Assembly (NCBI RefSeq): GCF_006345805.1
Contig: NW_021826674.1
Coordinates: 1 to 9,983, forward strand
Length of the DNA: 9,983 nucleotides
Direction of reading: 5' to 3'
From: Octopus sinensis
Taxonomy: Eukaryota
In this document: positions 1 to 8,741 of the stretch, piece by piece
How the letters are laid out: each line of letters begins with the position of its first letter
Position numbering within the stretch: position 1 is the first letter of the stretch
The notes under the pieces: model-generated
The model's database searches: none
The model's input: the letters and a program-made list of their open reading frames with translations, nothing else
Told to the model about the DNA's origin: nothing
Made by a program: the position numbers and the translations under genes

Positions 1-56
1 CTATGACTTCCACCATTTACCTAGCATCGTTATCATAGTATTTATTTATCTAGCTT

Positions 57-126
57 ATGTGCCACACTATGAGACTGAACCCAAGACCATGTGGTTGAGA
101 AGCAATCTTCTCAGTGACACAGCCAT
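57..126 (-). mobile_element. tRNA-derived SINE 5' head fragment, decayed
   Basis: Minus strand reads atggctgtgtcactgagaag...ccacatggtcttgggttcagtctcatagtgtggcac, with A-box-like and B-box-like (ggttcagtc) Pol III motifs. It resembles an octopus SINE head as recalled, not searched. Confidence 0.6.
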
Positions 127-524
127 CATTGGGCCTTAATCACACTTGTGCTCTGTGTTATCATATATGATATATATATATAATTATTTTGAATGAAACA
201 TAAATTATTTCCTCTTTTCTATGACATATTTAATTATAGATACCACTTTCTTATTGTTAATAACATTAAAGAATAATCCAAAAACAAATGTATGTGGGAT
301 ACTGTTTTCTGTTTTTGTTGGGGTTGTAGCATTGATAGGTGCATGGCAGTAGTGATCATTCATGTCTATGATGATGTGTTTGATTGACAGTATTCAAAGA
401 GGAATCAGATAAAAAATTTAAAGAAAACAAAAAATGATTGTATGAAAATCATATATTCTATTGGTTAAAATAATTACAGTAATTTAGTGTTACGGACATG
501 CTCTTCTTGTAACTCTAATCTGTT

Positions 525-643
525 ACCATGACCATTTCTGCAACCGAAACCACCACCATTACTACTACCATTGCTACTCCTCTTCTTACTACTACTACTT
601 CTACCATCAATACTACTACTACCAGTACCTCCACTACCTCTAT

Positions 644-684
<41 letters not shown>
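525..684. repeat. (ACT)n / (ACC)n trinucleotide microsatellite, perfect core (ACT)13 at 645-683
   Basis: Directly visible. It explains the poly-T/L/S/V ORFs at 474-777. Confidence 0.97.
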
Positions 685-715
685 AAAATTTTAAAAACAT
701 TAGTAACTTTCAAAG

Positions 716-905
716 TTTGGCACAAGGCCAGCATTTTTAAGGGGAGGAAAAAATGTAAATTACATTCACCCCTATAATTGGTACTTAATCAAACTTAAAG
801 CAATGAAAAGCAAAGTTGATTCAGGCAAGATTTGAACTCAGAACATAAAGTATGAAGAAGTATCACTGATTATTTTTTCCATGTTCTTATAATCCTGCTC
901 TTAAT
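716..905 (-). mobile_element. decayed tRNA-derived SINE, family 1 copy A
   Basis: Shares tttggcacaaggccagca and tttgaactcagaac (minus strand gttctgagttcaaa, B-box-like) with copies at 911-1112, 1135-1350, 1405-1530 and 9521-9598. Confidence 0.75.
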
Positions 906-910
906 GATAA

Positions 911-1112
911 TAGTTTCAACTTTTAGTACTTTTAGTGGGTAGGACAAGTTGATTACATTATCCCTCTACTAAATTAGTATTTTATATTATTGACCCCAAA
1001 AGATGAAAGGCAAAGCTGAGTTCAGTGGTATTTGAATTCAGAATGTAGAGCCAGAAGAAATACCACAAAGCTTCTTGTCCAACACAGCAATGATCCTGCC
1101 AGCTCATGCCCT
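911..1112 (-). mobile_element. decayed tRNA-derived SINE, family 1 copy B
   Basis: Minus strand reads ggcatgagctggcaggatc (A-box-like) ... ctgaattcaaatacc (B-box-like) ... gctttgcctttcatcttttggggtcaataa (central domain). Confidence 0.75.
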
Positions 1113-1134
1113 TATAATAATAAGGTTAAATGTC

Positions 1135-1350
1135 TCAATTTAAACATAAGGCCAGCAATATTTAGGGGGGAGGATAAATCAATTATATCGACCCAGGGTT
1201 CAACTAATACTTATTTTTTATCAAGCCTTCTCCCCTCCCTCTAAGGATCAAAGGCAGTCAATCTTCACAGAATTTTAACACAACATAAAGATGAAGAAAA
1301 TGCTGCAAAGCATTTTGTCTAGCATACTAATGATTTTTGTCACCTCACTA
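1135..1350 (-). mobile_element. decayed tRNA-derived SINE, family 1 copy C
   Basis: cataaggccagcaat...atcgacccagggttcaactaatacttattt...gcaaagcattttgtctagcatactaatgatt is colinear with copies A and B. Confidence 0.72.
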
Positions 1351-1353
1351 CCT

Positions 1354-1395
1354 TAATAATAATTATTATTATTGTTGTTGTTGTTGTTGTTGTTA
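1354..1395. repeat. compound (AAT)/(ATT)/(GTT)n microsatellite
   Basis: Directly visible. It is the source of the poly-C/Y and poly-T/I stretches in ORFs 1337-1555 and 1340-1603. Confidence 0.95.
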
Positions 1396-1404
1396 TAATG
1401 TCTA

Positions 1405-1530
1405 TCAAATTTTGCACAAATGCAACAATTTTTGGATTGAGGGGATGAGTCAAGTTGACTTCAGTGGGATTAGAACTCAGAATGTAAAGAATTGGAGGCA
1501 ATACCAAAAAGAATTTAGTTGTATAGTTTC
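1405..1530 (-). mobile_element. decayed SINE family 1 copy D, internally deleted
   Basis: ttttgcacaaatgcaacaattttt and agttgacttcagtgggattagaactcagaatgtaaag match both ends of copies A and B, with the middle missing. Confidence 0.6.
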
Positions 1531-1739
1531 TTTTTTGTTTATGAAACATGTGTAAGGTGGTACGAATTAAATAGTTTATACACAAACTTTCTTGTTTTGT
1601 CATGTGTATATATTCTGTGACATACCCAACTGTGGATTCCTAACAATGCATGGTTAATAATGTAACTTCTTGTGGTCTCCCATTAGATACACACATGGCA
1701 CAAAACTACCTCCCTCAATACTACTCCCTCCTCTGTTGA

Positions 1740-1962
1740 GGGTTTTTGTCTTGTAAAATACTTTGTGATTTCACCAGGGCTGCTGTCACATAAAAGGCAC
1801 CTAGTACAGTGTGTAAAGTGGTGAGCATTAAGAAAAGCATCCAGCTGTAGAAGCCATGCCAGAACAGACAGTTGAACTTGGCACAGTCTTCTAGCTTACC
1901 AGCTTCTAACAAAGCATGTAAGCATTGAAACACAGACTTTAAATGATGAAGTGATGACATAA
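1740..1962 (+). mobile_element. 3' part of a second SINE family ending in an (ATG)n-like tail
   Basis: cacataaaaggcacctagtacagtgtgtaaagtggtgagcattaagaaaagcatccagctgtagaagccatgcc...ttaaatgatgaagtgatgac resembles an abundant octopus SINE 3' region (recalled). Confidence 0.6.
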
Positions 1963-1975
1963 CTATATATCCATG

Positions 1976-1976
1976 C

Positions 1977-2056
<80 letters not shown>
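1976..2056. repeat. compound (TACA)n(TA)n(GA)n microsatellite
   Basis: Directly visible. Confidence 0.97.
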
Positions 2057-2130
2057 TTGAGTGAAGGAGAAAAGGAGTAGATCCAACTTACAGAGTGCAA
2101 ATGACAGAGAAAATTAAAGGGGAGGATATA

Positions 2131-2182
2131 AGTCTAACAGCTGTTTCTGGGAGAATGTTGGTAGATGTATTCATCACAGTAT
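2131..2182 (-). ncRNA. relic minimal hammerhead ribozyme motif, probably inactive
   Basis: Minus strand reads atact-gTGATGA-(23 nt)-GAAAC-agct-GTT-agact. Core C3 is changed to G, helix I keeps 3 of 5 pairs, helix II is poor, and helix III is self-complementary (aacagctgtt). Confidence 0.45.
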
Positions 2183-2964
2183 GTAGGCCATAATAGAAGG
2201 CAATCAGAATTGGATAAATTGAGCTGCCATCAAGAAGTGCAAAGGTGGACAGATTAAATGTGGAGAGCAAGCAGTATTAGAGGAAGGAGGTAGGATGGAG
2301 TTATGGCGAGTGTTAAGACAGAATGGTGAGAGGAGATAAATAAACTAGTTCAGAAAGAGAGTGGCGGCTTAAGAATGGAAGTATTAAGGAAGTGGTAGTC
2401 GATGTGGAGAGTTGAGAGATGAGTGGGAGGGATGCAGTGGGTAGTAATTGAAGGGTAGTCAATTATTGGGTTTGTGTATAGTGTTGAGATAGTGAGAAAA
2501 GGGATGACAATTATTTGAGGGAGGGAAATACTCTAATTAGGCAACAGAAGGAGATTACTAAAGTATGAACAAAGATATGAGAGAAGATAAAGGGAGGTGC
2601 ATAGAGTGGGGAGTTAGTCGGTGATAGGGTAGCTGTGGTAGTACTATAATGAAGGTGGATTGGTGGTGGAGGGGGAGTACTGAGGTTTGCAAAGGTGTAT
2701 GAAATTGGGTTAGGGGTGGATGTTGATTGTTTAGTAGCTAATTGATTGTGGTAGTTGCAAGTGCTCTTGATTGAAGGCGAGAATTGAGACAATGGGGAAA
2801 GAATACAATTTGTGAGGGAGGTGGTATGTTGTGGGTAAGAAGAATTTTCAAAGGTAATCATGAGAAGGATGGTATTACTGGAGAAGATGCATTGCTTCGC
2901 TAACCTTGTTGTACCCCAAGGTTATTATAATTAATGATAATCATTGTTATGAGATTATATAGAT

Positions 2965-3751
2965 TTAATAAAATGAGTAATGATGAGAAGACCTGTGTTT
3001 ACAAGAGAGTATTACATCTGAGAATCTATTAAGTAATCAGGGATTGTGGTTGCAAAGGATGATTAGTGATCCCTTACAATACCAAGGTTTGAGCTGAACG
3101 AGGGAGCCTCCTTATGATGGATCGGGATAGAGTAGTTTTGGGATTTGTGGTTATGAATTAAGTTGCTAAGGTGGTAGAATATTTAGAATTTGGATTGGAG
3201 AAAGAGTCCATTTGTGCTCAGTAGCAGTGCTTGAAATTGACATTCTGTCGTTATAGACCCTTACTTGGTGGGAGCATAGTATTATTACTCTGCACTTGTA
3301 GACTACATTTTTGCATTGACAGAAACCTCCAAGAGGGCTGAATTGAAACACCTAATAATTGCAAGTTTCCTACCTGTTCTGTGGTTTTCCTACCTACTCT
3401 GTGGTCTTCCTACCTGCTCTAGGAAAAAATGTGCAATTTTGCCTTAAGTTTAGTGTTGGAGATATAAGAGTTCTTTTTACAGAAACCACTTATCTGCTGA
3501 GCTTGGTTATAGTGTGGGGCATGATTATTAAAAATATCTTTGTTAGTAGATAAGCTGGAGATTCTGATAAAAATATCTGTGACTATTCTATTAGGAGTAA
3601 GTTTAGGTAATTTGATAGGATGTAGATATATTGTAATGATTGATAGGGTTTCTAGAAAGGGTGATATAGATTTAAGATGTTTCCAGTGTGTGTCATTTTC
3701 GAATGAGATACCTAGGTTATGATTTTTTAAAATCCTGTGGAATTGATTCCC
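2965..3751 (-). pseudogene. PLE reverse transcriptase thumb plus GIY-YIG endonuclease pseudogene (frameshifts and stops)
   Basis: Manual translation across frames gives RILKNHNLGISFEN; LYHPF*KPYQSLQYIYILSNY; IRISSLSTNKDIFNNHAPHYNQAQQISGF; TCNY*VFQFSPLGGFCQCKNVVYKCRV; NFKHCY*AQMDSFSNPNSKYSTTLA; LLNRFSDVILSCKHR. These blocks occur in the order typical of GIY-YIG-containing PLE polyproteins. Confidence 0.85.
3361..3420. repeat. 3 x 20-bp imperfect tandem repeat inside the PLE1 RT-EN linker
   Basis: gcaagtttcctacctgttct / gtggttttcctacctactct / gtggtcttcctacctgctct. Confidence 0.9.
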
Positions 3752-3836
3752 TGTAAAGGTATGAGTCTAAGTTTGGATCATTTGAGCACTACTAAGTGTC
3801 TTCTACACTGAAAATCTCTGGACCTCATCTTCTGGC

Positions 3837-3837
<1 letters not shown>

Positions 3838-3909
<72 letters not shown>

Positions 3910-3912
3910 ATA
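3838..3912. repeat. (TA)n(TG)n microsatellite
   Basis: Directly visible. Confidence 0.97.
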
Positions 3913-3925
3913 TTGTGTAAACATA

Positions 3926-5176
3926 CAGGAGTTGGACAAAATAATGGAAACACCTTAAAATTTCAAACAAATTTATTTTAATATGGGGTAGGGCTGCCTG
4001 TAGCAGTAATTACAGCTTGAATTCTACAAGGTATGAACTGTACAAAGTTTGAATTGTTTCCAAAAGAATTTTTGTCCATTTTTCAGCTAAAAGAGTCCCC
4101 AATTCTTGCAGTGATGATGGTGGAGGGTATTGACTCCTTTTCCTGTTTTCCTAAAATGCACCACAAATGTTCAATAATATTGAGATCTGGAGGCTGTGGT
4201 GGCAAGATAAGATGTTCAACTTCTCTAGAATGTTTCTCATGCCATTCAGTAACAACTTTAGCTGCTCTATGAATTGGTGCATTATCATCCTGAAAGATTG
4301 CATTTCCCTTCAGAAACAGTTCTGCAATCATAGGATGAATTTGATCAGATAAAATGCTTAAATAGTCTGCCATGAAGGGAAATCATTGGGCTGGCAGATT
4401 TCCAAGATATAGCCCCCACTCTCAGATCATCATAGATCCTCCTCCATGTTAACAGTTGGAAAAAGGTAGTCTGGGTCAAAGGCTTGTTTTGGATGTCTCC
4501 ACATGTATACTCGGCCAGTGGTCAGAAATATGGTAAAAGATGACTTGTCCAAGAAAATGACATTCTTCCACTGCTCTAGGGATCAGTTTTGTAGGTTTTT
4601 ACCCCACTCTAAATGCTTTGCAAAGTTGGTTTTGAAAGTAGTGGTTTTCTGATTGCAGCCCTCCATGAAATCCAGCTTTGTGCAACTCCCAGCAATCAGT
4701 TTTATGGAAACTGGGTCCTTGAGATGGTTATTAAGCTCTACAGTTACTTTGGGAGCTGTACTTTTGTGATCCTTTCTAACAATTTGCGTAAGAGTCCAAC
4801 AGTCCTTATCTGAAGGTTTTGGTTTTCTTCCAGAGTTTTGTTTTGACTAGAAGGTTTTTCCCACTTCCTCAAAGGCTGTCATTACTTTTGAGACAGGACT
4901 TCATGATACACCAAACACTTCGGCTGTTTTCATTACGCTAGCGCCTGCTATACGCACACCACAATTTGACCTCTTTGAAAGTCCAATAGATCTGTCATTT
5001 TAATGAATTTCAGTTAACTTTTCTGTTGACATCTGAAAAGAAACAGCAATTTTAGCAAAACATATTAAGAATACTAATAATAATTCAAATAACATAAATA
5101 TAAACAAGCTTTTGACAGTTTTATAGATATTTCAAAATTATGATGCTACATGTTCCATTATTTTGTCCAACCCCTC
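3926..5176 (-). mobile_element. Tc1/mariner DNA transposon, full length (1251 bp), inactive
   Basis: Left TIR caggagttggacaaaataatggaaaca (3926-3952) and right TIR (5151-5176, reverse complement gaggggttggacaaaataatggaaca). TA dinucleotides flank it at 3924-3925 and 5177-5178, and it contains a transposase relic. Confidence 0.95.
3978..4998 (-). pseudogene. Tc1-family DDE transposase pseudogene
   Basis: MTDLLDFQRGQIV/GVRIAGASVMKTAEVFGVS*...SGRKPK (HTH region), WKNVIFLDKSSF (first D), FQDDNAPIH (second D), PPQPPDLNIIEHLW (E), and C-terminal GSPTPY*. It carries several frameshifts and stops. Confidence 0.93.
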
Positions 5177-5178
5177 TA

Positions 5179-5580
5179 GATCTTCAGATAGCTGTTCCTG
5201 AACAATGGGTGCCCAGAAAAAGAACTGGTATATAAGACCAATAACATGGTTTGAACAGTAACAAATACATATATTGGATGATAGGGAACACCTTCAAATA
5301 AAGATATACATTGCACCTGGCTTTGTTCAGAGCCAAAAACAAAAAAAAACACACAATAATCCTAGCCAATATAGTATAGAGACTGAAAAAGAGAGGTGTG
5401 AGCAACATCCAGATAACCTGGAGAATTATTGCTGAGGCCAACAAGTACAGAGGACGAGGCAGGAAATGCAAGCTTTACATCACTGAAACATTATACATTA
5501 TCACACCAAAAGTGAATATTTCAAATATTAGGGATGACACCTTCTTCCCTTGCATGCATAAGCAGCATTTCACACTCTGA
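5179..5580 (+). pseudogene. GIY-YIG endonuclease fragment of a second Penelope-like element (PLE2)
   Basis: Translation across one frameshift gives LNNGCPEKELVYKT...NTYIG/MIGNTFK*RYTLHLALFR...ILANIV*RLKKRGVSNIQITWRIIAEANKYRGRGRKCKLYITETLYII...NIRDDTFFPCMHKQHFTL*. It shows the VY-K and YIG motifs and the PLE C-terminal C..H block, and it is clearly divergent from PLE1. Confidence 0.85.
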
Positions 5581-5862
5581 AATTTCAAGCAAATATCCCC
5601 ACCTACTCTGTCTCCCGTGCAACCTGGATAAATTTTCATTCCAAACATCAGTTATACGCATTATATGAACTTCATGCATAGAAAAACACATGACCTCATA
5701 AACTTATGCTGCGCTCCTCTCACAGATATATATGGGTCTCACACATATCCATGACATACAAGTTATATACAAACTTATGACCCATAACAACCATAAGTAT
5801 CACATGAATTATGTGAAAGATATGTGAAACCTCACAATAATGAGTACACACCCAAACAGACA

Positions 5863-6196
5863 TACTACAGATCCAGAGTTTGCACCCGCTGACGGCTGCA
5901 CCGAGAATTCAATTTTGGACTTTCTTCTATCGAAGGCATTCTAACAAAAATGCTTCCGTATAAATGGTGAAAATATTGTCAGTTTTTTTTTCACTTTTAA
6001 CACGTAATACTGAAATAGTGGAGAAGATATGAGATTGCTATGGGCTCGCCTTAAACAAGAGTCGAACGTTTTTTTGATCATGAAAGTACATGGACCCTAA
6101 GTAAGGCATGTGTGAAATTGAATGAAATTGGTTGTGTAGTTCTCAAGTTTTAGGGGAACACACAGACACACATTCTCAGTTTTATATATATATAGA
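5863..6196 (+). mobile_element. short non-autonomous Helitron/HINE-like element (tentative)
   Basis: It has a 5' tacta start, a GC hairpin near the start (tgcacccg-ctga-cggctgca, 5881-5900), and a 3' block aaattgaatgaaattggttgtgtagtt...acacacagacacacattctcagttttatatatatatag whose layout resembles Lep1/HINE-type ends. It is CpG-richer than its flanks. Confidence 0.5.
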
Positions 6197-6290
6197 ATTA
6201 TATATAGTATAATATATATATATATTTTTTTTTTATATATATATTTATATATATATATATATTTATATATATAATATTATATATATTATA

Positions 6291-6379
<89 letters not shown>

Positions 6380-6383
6380 TATA

Positions 6384-6428
<45 letters not shown>

Positions 6429-6464
6429 ATATAATATATTTATATATATATATTATAATATATT

Positions 6465-6503
<39 letters not shown>

Positions 6504-6692
6504 ATATAATATATTTTATATATATATATATATATTTTTTATATATATATATATATATTGTTTATATATATATATATATTTTTTATATTATATATATATA
6601 TATTTTTATATATATATATATATTTTATATATATATAATATATATATTTATATATAATATATATATATTTTTAATATATATATATATATTTT

Positions 6693-6745
<53 letters not shown>

Positions 6746-7151
6746 ATATTATTTTTATATATATAATATATTTTTTATATATATATATATTTTATATATA
6801 TATATATATTTTTTATATATATATATATATATTTTTATATATATTATATATAATTTTATATATATATATTATATTTTTATATATATATATATTATAATAT
6901 ATTTTTATATATATATATTATATTTTTTATATATATATATATATATTTTTATATATATATATATACTTTTATATATAATATATATTTATATATATTATAT
7001 ATATATATATATATTTTTATTTATAATATATATATATTATATATTTTTATATATATATCTATATATATTATATATATTTATATATTATAATATAATATTT
7101 TATAGATATATATATATTATTTTTATATATAATATATATATTTTTTATATG

Positions 7152-7182
<31 letters not shown>

Positions 7183-7319
7183 TATATATATTTTTGTATA
7201 TATATATATATATATTATATTTATATTATATATATTATTTTTATATATTTTTATATATATATATATATTTTTATATATATATATATTTTCATATATATAT
7301 ATTTATATATATATTTTTT
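6197..7319. repeat. about 1.1 kb degenerate (TA)n / TnA low-complexity tract
   Basis: Almost exclusively A and T, with (TA)n interrupted by short T runs. Confidence 0.98.
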
Positions 7320-7600
7320 AACAATTGAGGGCAAAATTAATTAATTATTAATCAATTTCACCAAGTGTTCAGTATGCAAAGGGACCATTCAAGGCGAATT
7401 CAAATTATTACATTATATAAAAGGGCTTAGTAAAATAAATTACTTTGCCGCATACTGAACTCATTAGAAATAGCAGCTAAAAAACTTTTTTAAAGCTATT
7501 TCTAATACTTAAAGAAAATCTCTCTCATATATAGTGTTTGCTTAATTCAACTCACAAAAGTTTGGGGGTAAGGACATCGAAAAATCAAATGCTAAGGTTA

Positions 7601-7657
7601 TTCGAGAACGTACGTTTCAAGATTAGTCAAAACAACACTTCTATCATCAGCTCAGAA
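7601..7657 (-). ncRNA. minimal type I hammerhead ribozyme, copy 1
   Basis: Minus strand reads ttctgag-CTGATGA-tagaagtgttgttttgactaatctt-GAAAC-gtac-GTT-ctcgaa. The core is intact; helix I is ttc(t)gag/ctcgaa; helix II is aga+agt/act+tct with a 2-nt bulge; helix III is palindromic. Predicted cleavage is between 7607 and 7606. Confidence 0.8.
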
Positions 7658-8140
7658 ATTCCTTGTTTGGATTTGGAAACACTGAAAATAAGAACATACC
7701 CTTTCGAAGATCTGCTCCCAACTAACAGTGCCAACAAATTCAAATAAGCAAGAGAAGAATCTCTGTTCTCCCTTTCCACCAGCGTGGGTTAAAATCATCA
7801 AACACTATGCTTATTTCGGTAAAATCCGAAGCATTAATCAGAGGGAGATTAATTAATTTCAACAATTGAGGGCAAAATTAATTAATTATTAATCAATTTC
7901 ACCAAGTGTTCAGTATGCAAAGGACCATTCAAGGCGAATTCAAATTATTACATTATATAAAAGGCTTAGTAAAATAATTACTACTTTGCCGCATACTGAA
8001 CTCATTAGAAATAGCAGCTAAAAACTTTTTTAAAGCTATTTCTAATACTTAAAGAAAATCTCTCTCATATATAGTGTTTGCTTAATTCAACTCACAAAAG
8101 TTTGGGGGTAAGGACATCGAAAAATCAAATGCTAAGGTTA

Positions 8141-8197
8141 TTCGAGAACGTACGTTTCAAGATTAGTCAAAACAACACTTCTATCATCAGCTCAGAA
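8141..8197 (-). ncRNA. minimal type I hammerhead ribozyme, copy 2
   Basis: Identical to copy 1. Predicted cleavage is between 8147 and 8146. Confidence 0.8.
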
Positions 8198-8684
8198 ATT
8201 CCTTGGTTGGATTTGGAAACACTGAAAATAAGAACATACCCTTTCGAAGATCTGCTCCCAACTAACAGTGCCAACAAATTCAAATAAGCAGAGAAGAAGA
8301 TCTCTGTTCTCCCCTTTCCACCAGCGTGGGTTAAAATCATCAAACACTATGCTTATTTCGGTAAAATCCGAAGCATTAATCAGAGGGATTAATTATAATT
8401 TCAACAATTGAGGGCAAAATTAATTAATTATTAATCAATTCACCAAGTGTTCAGTATGCAAAGGGACCATTCAAGGCGAATTCAAATTATTACATTATAT
8501 AAAGGGCTTAGTAAAATAAATTACTTTGCCGCATACTGAACTCATTAGAATAGCAGCTAAAAAACTTTTTTAAAGCTATTTCTAATACTTAAAGAAAATC
8601 TCTCTCATATATAGTGTTTGCTTAATTAATTCAACTCACAAAAGTTTGGGGGTAAGGACATCGAAAAATCAAATGCTAAGGTTA

Positions 8685-8741
8685 TTCGAGAACGTACGTT
8701 TCAAGATTAGTCAAAACAACACTTCTATCATCAGCTCAGAA
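8685..8741 (-). ncRNA. minimal type I hammerhead ribozyme, copy 3
   Basis: Identical to copy 1. Predicted cleavage is between 8691 and 8690. Confidence 0.8.

Larger units (their letters stand above)
2060..3760 (-). mobile_element. 5'-truncated, decayed Penelope-like retroelement (PLE1): end of RT, GIY-YIG endonuclease and pyrimidine-rich 3' region
   Basis: Coding remnants at 2965-3751 and a hammerhead-like relic at 2131-2182 lie on the same strand. Including 2060-2960 as 3' UTR/pLTR is inference. Confidence 0.7.

Noticed and set aside
379-440. Possible acceptor (tttgattgacag) followed by FKEESDKKFKENKK*
   Set aside because: The polypyrimidine tract is weak, the sequence is A-rich and low in complexity, and there is no supporting evidence.
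474-777. Four overlapping ORFs with poly-S, V, T or L
   Set aside because: They are by-products of the (ACT)n repeat, which lacks stops in several frames. There is no other coding signal.
2511-2861. 116-aa minus-strand ORF rich in S, T and P
   Set aside because: It reflects compositional bias of the C/T-rich PLE 3' region and has no domain motif.
2901-2924. 8-bp perfect hairpin taaccttg/caaggtta near the PLE1 stop, considered as a hammerhead helix II
   Set aside because: The flanks lack CUGAUGA and an adjacent GAAA. It is too short to be significant alone.
3770-3837. aagtgtcttctac motif reminiscent of a SINE body
   Set aside because: The match is too short to call a feature.
4033-4813. Plus-strand ORFs at 4033-4272, 4167-4352 and 4613-4813
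   Set aside because: They are antisense shadows of the transposase pseudogene.
5836-5862. taatgag...cccaaacagacat downstream of PLE2, a possible very decayed hammerhead
   Set aside because: Both core halves are mutated and no helices can be formed.
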